NCBI RefSeq assembly: GCF_001017655.1
Contig: NZ_CP010904.1
Span: forward strand, 2,880,001-2,912,000
Origin: Kiritimatiella glycovorans
GTDB lineage: Bacteria > Verrucomicrobiota > Kiritimatiellia > Kiritimatiellales > Kiritimatiellaceae
DNA length: 32,000 nt
Direction: 5' to 3'
The position numbers and the translations under genes were made by a program. The notes beneath the pieces are model-generated. The model did not search any database and was not told the origin of the DNA. It was given only the letters and a program-made list of their open reading frames with translations. Every line of letters begins with the position of its first letter. Position 1 is the first letter of the stretch. Of this stretch, positions 7,624 through 16,256 are shown one piece after another.

Positions 7624-8358
7624 TCATGCTCCCCCCTCCCGAAGCCCGCGCGGGATCAGCAGCCGGCCCAGCAGTTCGCAGCCGCGGTCGGCCAGCAGCG
7701 CGATCAGCGTGGTGGGCAGCGCTCCGGCGAGCAGCTTTTTCGGCGAGTCCATGGCGATCCCCGTAAAGATGAGATCGCCGAGCCCCCCGGCTCCGATAAG
7801 GTAGCACAGCGCGGCGGTCCCGATGTTGATCACCAGCGCGACCCGGAATCCGGTCAGAATCACCTTCATCGCATTCGGAAGCTCCACTTCCAGGAGAATC
7901 CGGGCGTCCGTCATGCCCATCCCCCTCGCGGCGTCGATCATCGGGGCCGGAACGGAGGTGATCCCCGCAAGCGTATTGCGCGCTATGGGCAGGATCGAAT
8001 AGATGAAGAGCGCGAACAGCGCCGTCTGAACTCCGATCCCGAGCACGCTCATCATCAGGGCGAGCACGGCGATCGAGGGCAGGGTCTGCCCGAGACCGAC
8101 GATGTACATCACTACACCGGCCGCGCGACGGAACGGACGGCGGGTCAAAAGTATGCCGACCCCCAGACCGACCGTGGTCGCCAGCGCCATGCTGATCCCG
8201 ACGAGCATGAGATGACGCCGGATCAGCCCCAGCAGATACGGGACCTCGTAGGGGTCGGTAAAGTACGCCACCAGCCCGATGCGCTCCGCAAATATCCCGG
8301 CGGCGAGCAGCAGCGCGGCGAGCAGCAGGCGGTATACGGTGGTTCCCCAGCGCTTCAC
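7624..8358 (-). CDS. ABC transporter permease, glycine betaine/choline (OpuB/ProW-like) family
   Basis: Multi-span membrane protein with an EAA-like loop (ARGMGMTDARILLEVELPNA). I set the start at a GTG that overlaps the upstream stop (GTGA at 8355-8358). Confidence 0.8.
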   Translation of the reverse strand: MKRWGTTVYRLLLAALLLAAGIFAERIGLVAYFTDPYEVPYLLGLIRRHLMLVGISMALATTVGLGVGILLTRRPFRRAAGVVMYIVGLGQTLPSIAVLALMMSVLGIGVQTALFALFIYSILPIARNTLAGITSVPAPMIDAARGMGMTDARILLEVELPNAMKVILTGFRVALVINIGTAALCYLIGAGGLGDLIFTGIAMDSPKKLLAGALPTTLIALLADRGCELLGRLLIPRGLREGGA

Positions 8359-9020
8359 GATCCCTTCACCCTGCGCTCCACCCGGAGCCCCTTCGGCGTC
8401 ATGATCCTCTCCAGCAGCGCCATGGCGCCGTCGACCCCGATCGCGAGCAGCGACACACACAGCGCGCCGCAGAGGATCATCTCGTCGTAGACGCGGTCGA
8501 TCCCCTGCTGGATGTAGACCCCCAGGCCTCCGGCGCCGATGTAGGCGGCGATGGCGGCGATCCCGATGTTCATCACGGCCGCCGTGCGCAGCCCGGCAAG
8601 GATCACCGGCGCCGCCAGCGGGATCTCGACTTCGCGCAGTAGCTGCATGGTGCCCATGCCCATGCCGCGCCCGGCATCGACCACCGCGGGAGGTACGTTG
8701 CGGATCGCGACGTACGTGTTCCGGATAATGGGAAGCTGGCTGTAGAGCACGAGCGCCGCCACGGCGGGAACTTTGCCGAGGCCGTGGCCGAAGACCGCCA
8801 GCACGGGGAGCATCAGACCGAAGAGGGCGATCGAGGGGATGGTCATACAGATGTTGGCACCGTTGATCACCCGGCCGGCCAGGTCACGGCGGCGGGTGAT
8901 GAGGATGCCCAGCGGCACACCGATCGCGGAGGCGATCAGCAGCGACAGCCCGACCAGCGTACAATGCTCGAGGGTCAGCGCCCCGATCTCCGCCGCGTTG
9001 TCCCTGAAAAATCCGATCAT
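8355..9020 (-). CDS. ABC transporter permease, glycine betaine/choline (OpuB/ProW-like) family
   Basis: 221 aa, paralogous to the neighbouring permease (GRGMGMGTMQLLREVEIPLA). Confidence 0.85.
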   Translation of the reverse strand: MIGFFRDNAAEIGALTLEHCTLVGLSLLIASAIGVPLGILITRRRDLAGRVINGANICMTIPSIALFGLMLPVLAVFGHGLGKVPAVAALVLYSQLPIIRNTYVAIRNVPPAVVDAGRGMGMGTMQLLREVEIPLAAPVILAGLRTAAVMNIGIAAIAAYIGAGGLGVYIQQGIDRVYDEMILCGALCVSLLAIGVDGAMALLERIMTPKGLRVERRVKGS

Positions 9021-9038
9021 AATTCAGCAGGCCCGGAT

Positions 9039-10031
9039 CTACCGGTCCGTCTCCCCGTCGCGCTCCGCCATCCCCGAGAGTTTCGACTGGATGGCGCGGT
9101 AGGTGATGACCGCCTCGCGGTTTCCCTCCTCGTCCAACACCGGAAGCTCGGTCTCCTCGTGCAGCAGCATCACCGACAGGGCCTCCCGCAGAAGATCCTC
9201 CCGGTGCAGCGAGGGCCCCTCCTCTCCGGGCTCCGGCCCGGCCGTATCCGGCGCCTCCATCACGTCGCGCACCCGCAGGAGCCCGAGTACCTTCAGCGCC
9301 CGGTCGGCACCCACGAATTCAGCGGTGAAGCGGTCCTTCGGCCGGGTCAGCAGGGCCTCCGGCGTGTCGTACTGCGACAGGCGGCCTTCCCGGAAGAGCG
9401 CGACGCGGTCTCCCATCTTCACGGCCTCGTGGATGTCGTGCGAGACGAAGAGCACCGTCTTTTTCAGCCGCGCCTGCAGCGCCAGAAACTCGTCCTGGAT
9501 GCGGGCGCGGTTGATCGGGTCGACGGCCCCGAAGGGCTCGTCCATCAGGAGCACCTCCGGGTCGTGCGCGAGACCGCGCGCGACCCCGACCCGCTGCTGC
9601 TGTCCGCCCGACAACTCGGCCGGATAACGGTCGCGGAACGTCCCCGGCTCGAGATTGACCATCCGGAGCATCTCATCGACCCGCTCTTCGATACGGCTCT
9701 TCGGCCATTTGAGCAGGCGCGGAACCTGGGCGATATTCCGGGCGATGGTCTGGTTGGGGAAGAGTCCGATCTCCTGGATGACATAGCCCATTCTGCGGCG
9801 CAGACCGACCGCGTTCATCCCGCCGATATCGCGGCCCTGCAGCAGAATGCGCCCCGAGGTCAAACGCTCCAGCCGGTTTGTAAGCCGCAGCGTGGTCGTC
9901 TTCCCGCAGCCGGAGGGTCCCAGCAGGACCACCACCTCGCCTTCGGGGACCTCGAACGACACCTCGCGCAGTGCATGGACCGCCGTGCGGCCGGCCCCGA
10001 ACGTCTTGGTTACGGATTCATAGGTAATCAT
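9039..10031 (-). CDS. ABC transporter ATP-binding protein with C-terminal CBS-like region (OpuBA/ProV-like)
   Basis: Walker A GPSGCGKTT, signature LSGGQQQRV, Walker B LLMDEP. Extended C-terminus as in osmoprotectant-uptake ATPases. Confidence 0.9.
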   Translation of the reverse strand: MITYESVTKTFGAGRTAVHALREVSFEVPEGEVVVLLGPSGCGKTTTLRLTNRLERLTSGRILLQGRDIGGMNAVGLRRRMGYVIQEIGLFPNQTIARNIAQVPRLLKWPKSRIEERVDEMLRMVNLEPGTFRDRYPAELSGGQQQRVGVARGLAHDPEVLLMDEPFGAVDPINRARIQDEFLALQARLKKTVLFVSHDIHEAVKMGDRVALFREGRLSQYDTPEALLTRPKDRFTAEFVGADRALKVLGLLRVRDVMEAPDTAGPEPGEEGPSLHREDLLREALSVMLLHEETELPVLDEEGNREAVITYRAIQSKLSGMAERDGETDR

Positions 10032-10073
10032 GGAAGCTCTATATAAAAGCTTCGCCGCGGCTTCTTCAATGTT

Positions 10074-13000
10074 TCATGGCGATTCGAGGTCCAGCTTGCG
10101 CAGATCGGAACGCGCGTGCCCGGTCGGGTGGTCTTCCAGACTTTTCTCCAGATAGAAGCGGGCCTGCTCGCGATTGCCGAGCACGCGATGGATGCGGCCG
10201 AGCGTGTGCCGAAGTTCGGCGCGGACGCGATCGTTGTCGGAAGAAATGCGGCACGCCTCCTCGGCCGCCGGCAGCGCGTCGTGAGGCCGGTCCAGTTCCT
10301 CGAGCCGCAGCCAGGCGAGATCGTTATGGTAATGGGGATTCCCGGGATGCTCGCGCACGAGCGTCTCCAGCTCCTGTTCGGCGTCGGCGGGCCGCCCGGC
10401 CGCAATCAGGGCCGCGGCGCGTTCCGCACGCAGGCGTTCCTCCAGCCATTCGGGAAGATCCTCACTCTCCAGCGCGCGGGTCAGCGGGGCCACGGCCGCG
10501 GAAGCACGACCCGAGTCCGTCAAGGCGCGCCCCAGTGACCAGCCCGCCGCCGGATCGCCGCTGCCGGACCACCATGACTTCAATACCGCCACCCGGTCGC
10601 CGTCTTCGAGGTGGCTGCGCAGCATGGCCGTCGCGTCCAGCAGCGCCGCCCGATCCGTGGTCGCCCTCAACGCGGCTACCAGTTCCGCGCGCCCTTTCGC
10701 CGCGCGCCCTTCGGCGGCAAGCACAATGCCGTACATCAGCCTGAGCGCGGGGTTCTCCCGCACCGTCTCCGCGTTTGACTCCATGGCCCGCAGGGCCCCG
10801 CCGGGATCGACCGTGATCAGCGCACGCACCCAGGCGTTCAACGATACGGCATCGCCCCTGCGCTCCCACGCCTCGCGCAGCGCCGTCAGCGCCTCGTCGC
10901 GACGGCCTTCCCGCCACGCGGCTTCGGTCCGTATTTCCTTCCACGATTCCGCTCCGGGAAACTGCTCCCGCGCGGTATCCAGAAGCTGCTCCAGTTCGCT
11001 CTCGCGCCCGCGGCCCAGGAGCAGCGACGCCAGCACCCGGTAGGCGCGCGGGTCGCCGGGATGGCGGCGGATCAGGCTGCGGAGTTCCGCCGCCGCCTGT
11101 TCGGGGCGGTCGACGGCGGGATTGAGATAGAAGGAGGCCAGCGCGAGCTGCGCGTCCGCGAAGGCAGGCTGCAGCCTGAGCGCCTTTTTCAGGTCGCTCT
11201 CCGCCCGCTCCATCCAGGAGCCCTTTTCGTTGCGGACGAAGAAGCGGGCGCGCTGGAGGTACATGTTGGGATTCCAGGGGGCCTCTTCCGCGGCGCGGTT
11301 GAACTTGTGTTCCGCGCCTTCGAGGTCGCCGCGCTTTTCCTGCAGCCGGCCCTCGAGTACGAGTGCGGCCGGTGTGAGACCGAAGCGTCGTCGAAACTGC
11401 GCCAGGGCCTCGCCGGCGCGATCCGCCTGATCGAGCTGCAGATGCAGATCGATGACTCTCAGCGCCGCCTCCCGGTCGCCGGCTGCGGCGGCCGCGCGGT
11501 ACCGCGCCAGCGCCGCAGCCGGATCGCCCCTTGCATTCAGCCACCCGCCGAAGGCCCTGAGCGACGCGGAGGATCCGTCACCGGCCGCCTCGACCGCGTC
11601 CTCGAACGCGGCCCGCACACGCGACGCATCCGCGAACCCCGCCAGGTAACGGGCCCGCGCAATGCGGGCCTGCACAGTGTTGCCCCGCCCGTCCTGAATC
11701 CACCGGTCCCAAAGGGCCACGCCCTGTTCGTATTCGCCCGCCGCGGCGTGGACCGCGGCCATCACTTCGACGTCCTCGTACTCCGTCGCGCCCGATTCCA
11801 TCCGCGGCGCCATGATTTCGCGCGCCTTCTCCGTCTGTCCCTGCCGGAGGTGAAGCCGGGCGAGGGCGTGTACGTTCTCCGCGCGGCCGGGTTCGTCCCG
11901 CCGCCAGGCCTCGCGGCCGCGTATCGCCTCGCGGACCTTCCCCGCACGGGCGAGATCGTCGAGATACACATGCCGGAAAAAGGGTCGTTCGTCGAAGCGG
12001 CCTATCGCCTGCTCCATGAGCCGGACCGCCTCGGCGTAGTTTCCCCGTTCGGTGTAAAGGGTGCGAAGCGACCACACCGCGGCCGTATACTGCGGCCGCA
12101 GCTCCAGCGCGCGCCGGAACGCCTTCTCCGCGGCATCGGGCTGGCCGTTGCCGCGTCGCGCCTCGCCGTACTCCTTCCACAGGCGGGGCGAGACCGGCAT
12201 GCGTTCGACCGCCAGGTCGAACTGATGCACCGCCTCGGGATAATCCTGCCGCGCCAGCGCGATGCGTCCGCGCCAGGCCGCGCCCGAGGCAAGATCGAGA
12301 TTATCTTTCTCCGCGGCGACGGCCAGGCTCCCGGCGCGGTTCCACTCTTCCGATTCCAGGGCGCGCCGGAAGTCCTCGCGCAACACGGCCTGCGAATCGG
12401 GGCGGCGCTGCTTCAGCCGGGACCACAAGAGCGACGCCGCGGATTCCTCGCCTCGTTCCAGGCGCCATCCGTAAAGTTTCCACAGATCGTCGACACGGTT
12501 TTCCGCGGCCAGCACGGCGTCCTCGAACGCCTCCATCGGCGCGGGATCGCCGGTAAGCCTCACCTTTGCCGCCAGGGCGGGGAAGAAGTCCGGCTGCCCG
12601 GCCAGCACCTCCTCGACCCACCCCCGCGCGGCGTCCGCGCCCGCGTGCCGCTCTTCGATCCGGAGCCGTTCCGCGAACGCCGTCCGGTCGGAGGGCGCCT
12701 GCGCGCGCCGCTCGCGCAACAGCTCGCGGGCCGCACCGAGCCGGCCCGCGGCCTCCAGCGTGCGCACGGCGGCGGCGAGTCCCCTGCCGCGCTCCACGGC
12801 CGCGCTCCGCAGCCGTTCGACGATTTCGAGCGCCGGTTCGGGCCCATGCTCCGCCTGCGACTCCCCGCGTCGTCGATCGAGCGCGCGCAGGTAGAGGATG
12901 TCGAGCGGCTCCGAATCCGGGAACCGCTTCCGGGCGTGTTCGAGCACACGCAGGGCGTCGGCGGTGCGCCCCTGGCGCAGGGCCACCTCGACCCGGTCGG

Positions 13001-14465
13001 CGTGCACACGCTCCATCTCCAGGGCGCGCGGGTGGCGGGCCAGCCGCTCCAGCCGCGAGCGGGCCGCGCCGTAATTACCGGCCTGCATCATAGCCCGGGC
13101 CGCCAGGTACACGACGTCCACCGGCGGGTTCTCGTACCGTCGTTCCGCCTCGTGGAGCGCGAGCGCCGCCTGGCGCACCTCGCCGGCGATGAGGTGTCGC
13201 TTTCCGCGCAGCATGGGCAGCAGGCCGTCGCGGCGGTTAAACCGCGCCAGCGACTGAAGCACCTCGTCGGCGCGGCGCAGGCGCCGCTGCCGCTCTTCCG
13301 CGTCGGGAGCGCGCTCCGCGAGGCGGAGGTGCAGATCGGCCAGTCGACTGCCGGCCACGGGCCGTACATGGGCGGCGATCATCGCGGGCACGCCCGGCCG
13401 GATCGCACGGCGCTGGCGCCACAGCTTGAGCAGGTCCTCTTCGGTGTCCCCGCCGCCCCGGCGGTCCGAGATCTCGACCAGCATCAGCCGGCTCAGCAGG
13501 TCGTCGGGGTGGCGGTCGACCGCGCGCCGGAGCAGTTCCTCCGCCGTCCATTCGAGGTTCAGGGACTCGTCGCGGCGGTCCTGAAGCGAAAGGTACAACC
13601 GCGCCGCGCGGCGCAGCGTCTCGTTATCCTCCGCGCCGCCCAGGCGCCGGTCGAGTTCCACCCGGGCCGTGGCGGCGGACGGACCCGGCTCCGGGTTCGT
13701 CCACAGCGTGCGGACGTACCCGATACGCAGACGAAGGTCGTCCGGGCTCGAAGCCACCGCATCGCGGAGGAGGGACTCCGCGCGATCCAGTCTTTCCCCG
13801 GCCCGGACAGGCTGGCCGGCCATCTGCCAGCGACGCGCCAGCCGCCGGTGGTATTCGGCGGCCTGCATCAGCACGAGGCGGTCGTCGGGGAAGCGGGTGA
13901 CCAGATCCTCGACCGTCTTTCCGATACGGCGTTCGGCCTCTTCCACCGGCACCGGCTCGCCGGTCTTCAGTTCCGCCACGCCGCGGTACTTGAGGGTGAG
14001 GGGCGACGGTTCACGGCTCATGATCCGCGCGGCGGCCACGGACTCGTGGGCGGCCTCCTTGAGATGCTGCCACACGGCGCGGTCGCGCACGGCCACGGCC
14101 CATTCGAAATAGAAATCCAGCAGTCGACGCCGCGCGGGTCCGTGCATCGGATCGATGTCGAGCACGCGGTGCAGGCTGCGCAGCATGAAGCGGCTGTGGT
14201 CGAGGGCGCGGTCGATGCTCAGCGGCGGGAGGGATTCGACGGCCCGGACCGCCTTCATCCGCAGCTCCGGATTCCCCGGCTCGCTGCGGAGGGCGCGCAT
14301 GTAGAGGTCCAGGGCCGCTTCGGCCGAGCCTTCCTCCAGCAGCGCATCTCCCCTGTGTTCGAGTGCGTCGGGCGACTGCTGACGCTGCAGCAGGGTCACC
14401 CCGGTGACGACGGCGGCCACGACCACCAGAAGCGGGATCAGTACACGGTAATTGATTTTTTTCAT
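10074..14465 (-). CDS. giant TPR-repeat protein with one N-terminal transmembrane anchor (PrsT-like exosortase-system partner)
   Basis: Start moved to ATG 14465 (MKKINYRVLIPLLVVV), which has AGGAGG 7-8 nt upstream. About 1463 aa of degenerate TPR-like helical repeats. Lies immediately downstream of the EpsI and exosortase genes. Confidence 0.75.
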   Translation of the reverse strand: MKKINYRVLIPLLVVVAAVVTGVTLLQRQQSPDALEHRGDALLEEGSAEAALDLYMRALRSEPGNPELRMKAVRAVESLPPLSIDRALDHSRFMLRSLHRVLDIDPMHGPARRRLLDFYFEWAVAVRDRAVWQHLKEAAHESVAAARIMSREPSPLTLKYRGVAELKTGEPVPVEEAERRIGKTVEDLVTRFPDDRLVLMQAAEYHRRLARRWQMAGQPVRAGERLDRAESLLRDAVASSPDDLRLRIGYVRTLWTNPEPGPSAATARVELDRRLGGAEDNETLRRAARLYLSLQDRRDESLNLEWTAEELLRRAVDRHPDDLLSRLMLVEISDRRGGGDTEEDLLKLWRQRRAIRPGVPAMIAAHVRPVAGSRLADLHLRLAERAPDAEERQRRLRRADEVLQSLARFNRRDGLLPMLRGKRHLIAGEVRQAALALHEAERRYENPPVDVVYLAARAMMQAGNYGAARSRLERLARHPRALEMERVHADRVEVALRQGRTADALRVLEHARKRFPDSEPLDILYLRALDRRRGESQAEHGPEPALEIVERLRSAAVERGRGLAAAVRTLEAAGRLGAARELLRERRAQAPSDRTAFAERLRIEERHAGADAARGWVEEVLAGQPDFFPALAAKVRLTGDPAPMEAFEDAVLAAENRVDDLWKLYGWRLERGEESAASLLWSRLKQRRPDSQAVLREDFRRALESEEWNRAGSLAVAAEKDNLDLASGAAWRGRIALARQDYPEAVHQFDLAVERMPVSPRLWKEYGEARRGNGQPDAAEKAFRRALELRPQYTAAVWSLRTLYTERGNYAEAVRLMEQAIGRFDERPFFRHVYLDDLARAGKVREAIRGREAWRRDEPGRAENVHALARLHLRQGQTEKAREIMAPRMESGATEYEDVEVMAAVHAAAGEYEQGVALWDRWIQDGRGNTVQARIARARYLAGFADASRVRAAFEDAVEAAGDGSSASLRAFGGWLNARGDPAAALARYRAAAAAGDREAALRVIDLHLQLDQADRAGEALAQFRRRFGLTPAALVLEGRLQEKRGDLEGAEHKFNRAAEEAPWNPNMYLQRARFFVRNEKGSWMERAESDLKKALRLQPAFADAQLALASFYLNPAVDRPEQAAAELRSLIRRHPGDPRAYRVLASLLLGRGRESELEQLLDTAREQFPGAESWKEIRTEAAWREGRRDEALTALREAWERRGDAVSLNAWVRALITVDPGGALRAMESNAETVRENPALRLMYGIVLAAEGRAAKGRAELVAALRATTDRAALLDATAMLRSHLEDGDRVAVLKSWWSGSGDPAAGWSLGRALTDSGRASAAVAPLTRALESEDLPEWLEERLRAERAAALIAAGRPADAEQELETLVREHPGNPHYHNDLAWLRLEELDRPHDALPAAEEACRISSDNDRVRAELRHTLGRIHRVLGNREQARFYLEKSLEDHPTGHARSDLRKLDLESP

Positions 14466-14498
14466 CGACGTCCCCCTCCTGCTTTCGTGATCCAAAAC

Positions 14499-15227
14499 TC
14501 AGGGTGCACGGTGCTTGTCCGGCGGCCACGCGGGCATGCACGCCTCGACCGCGGGCAGCACGGCGTCCAGGAATTCGGAGGCCACCCGGCGCGCCAGGGG
14601 GCCGCGCCGCACCCCGATCGTCTGCACCTCGACCTTGCACCAGTACGAATAGCGGTCGTCGAGATTCAGATCGAGCAGACGAACCCCGAGCGGCGTGCCG
14701 AAAACTTTGCCGTTCCCCAGAAAGAAATAGACCACCGATTCGGTCCGCTCGTCGCCGGGCCGCCGGTAGCGGAAGAGGGTGGCGGGGATTTCGCGCTCGA
14801 CGCCGTCCGCCCCGAGCCGCAGCCGGACCTGCTCGCCGGACACCGTTTCGGCCCCCGCCGCCGTGTAACATATCTCGGGCCGGTGGCCTACGGAGGTATC
14901 CGTCATCCCGCTGTAGTAGGCCAGGTGAAGCCGGATCCAGGCTCCCGGCTCCTGCGGCCGGAAGCGGCGGTCGCGGTAGAGGCGGGTGAGGTGCGCATCG
15001 GCGTTCAGCGAGGCCTGCACCGCCTCGGGCAGTTCGCGCGACTCCTCGCGACAACGATAATTCCCCGTCTCGATCGGAATGGTCTCGAACGATCTGCGCA
15101 GCGGCAGCTTCTCCTTGTCGAACACGCGGCCGAACGACTGCAGCACCATGCGCGACCCCGCCGCGCCGATCAGCAATACGACCGCGGCCAGCAGCCACGC
15201 CGTTCCGGTACGGCGATCAATCTTCAT
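14499..15227 (-). CDS. EpsI-family exosortase-associated protein
   Basis: 242 aa. N-terminal TM helix, then LYRDRR..IRLHLAYYSG..GHRPEICYTAAG, matching the EpsI-family pattern as I remember it. Overlaps the exosortase stop by 11 nt. Confidence 0.7.
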   Translation of the reverse strand: MKIDRRTGTAWLLAAVVLLIGAAGSRMVLQSFGRVFDKEKLPLRRSFETIPIETGNYRCREESRELPEAVQASLNADAHLTRLYRDRRFRPQEPGAWIRLHLAYYSGMTDTSVGHRPEICYTAAGAETVSGEQVRLRLGADGVEREIPATLFRYRRPGDERTESVVYFFLGNGKVFGTPLGVRLLDLNLDDRYSYWCKVEVQTIGVRRGPLARRVASEFLDAVLPAVEACMPAWPPDKHRAP

Positions 15228-16104
15228 GGGGACCCTCCGGGGCGGGGACGAACAGCCGGTCCAGCAGCGCCAGGAGCCCGAGGAAGAGCACCAGCCCCAG
15301 CGCGATCATCGCCACGCCGGTGGCCGTATGCGCGCCGCCCTCGATCCATTCCGGGCGCACCAGTGCGAGCAGTCCGAACGCGGTGACGCGGGCGATGTTG
15401 GTGGCGACGGCGATCGGGACCGCGGCGACGAACAGCGTCAGCCGCAGCCAGTTCGGCCGGGACGTGGAGAGCCAGGCCACGGCCGCGCCCATCGCGAGAA
15501 ACGCCATCAGCATACGCAGACCGCTGCACATGCCGGCGACGTTGAGTTCGCCGAGGCGGTCGATCCCGCTCCACAGCACCACCGTGGCGCCGCGGGACGA
15601 CGCCTCCACTCCGAAGGCGCGCAGCAGCAGGGCCGAAGAGCCCGCGGCCAAGTGCTGGAGCGGCTGTGCCAGCGCGGTCCAGATTCGATCGCCGACGCGA
15701 ACGGCGAAGACGAGGTACGCGACGGGGAACCACAGCACACGCATCATCGGCCCCGTCAACAGCCACAACAGGCCGCCGAGCCCGAGAATCGCCCCGTAGC
15801 CGCGCAGCATCGCGTGGCTGACCGGATAGACCCCGAACCAGTGGATCAGGAGGCCCGCGATCAGGAGGATCAGTCCGCGCAGGTCGGGAGCGGCCTCCAT
15901 GGCCCGCAGGCGGTCGCGATACATGTATACGGCATAGAGGCTTATGAGCGGGACAAAAGGCGCGTGCGACCAGTTGGCATCCGTGGCCGCATAATGGGAC
16001 ACATCGATCGCGAAGCGGTAGAAACTGGCCAAATAGAGCCCGGCCAGCGCAAGGGCGCCGAAGATTCTTCCGGTTTTCATTCCGGCGGCTTCGGCCGATT
16101 CCAT
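15217..16104 (-). CDS. exosortase (Xrt/EpsH family)
   Basis: Polytopic membrane protein with the conserved Cys (NVAGMCSGLR), Arg (ATNIARV) and His (GGAHTATG) regions. Start trimmed from the track's 16278 to ATG 16104 (16080 is an alternative), because the longer form overlaps the sulfatase gene. Confidence 0.8.
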   Translation of the reverse strand: MESAEAAGMKTGRIFGALALAGLYLASFYRFAIDVSHYAATDANWSHAPFVPLISLYAVYMYRDRLRAMEAAPDLRGLILLIAGLLIHWFGVYPVSHAMLRGYGAILGLGGLLWLLTGPMMRVLWFPVAYLVFAVRVGDRIWTALAQPLQHLAAGSSALLLRAFGVEASSRGATVVLWSGIDRLGELNVAGMCSGLRMLMAFLAMGAAVAWLSTSRPNWLRLTLFVAAVPIAVATNIARVTAFGLLALVRPEWIEGGAHTATGVAMIALGLVLFLGLLALLDRLFVPAPEGPHED

Positions 16105-16256
16105 GATGCCAATCGCCTCCCGTAGAGATGATCGAACTATACGGCCGGCGTCAGGCCGATGCAAACGGTTATCGGGGGGGCGGAAAGGATGTCGATCCCG
16201 GAGTCCGACCCGGAGCGACGGCGGATATTCAGGCGGGTCGCGCGGGCCGACCCGGC

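Noticed and set aside
11061-15386. 1441-aa ORF on the + strand. Similar long ORFs lie antisense to annotated genes: 2524-3990, 3990-5687, 5684-7009, 7387-8490, 8784-10046, 16905-17933, 17884-19302, 20790-22730, 23089-24633 and 26118-28382.
   Set aside because: Each lies opposite a gene with clear family motifs. Their translations are low-complexity, Arg/Gly/Pro/Ala-rich, and carry no recognisable domains. This is what stop-codon depletion on the antisense strand of GC-rich coding DNA produces, so I treat them as shadow ORFs.
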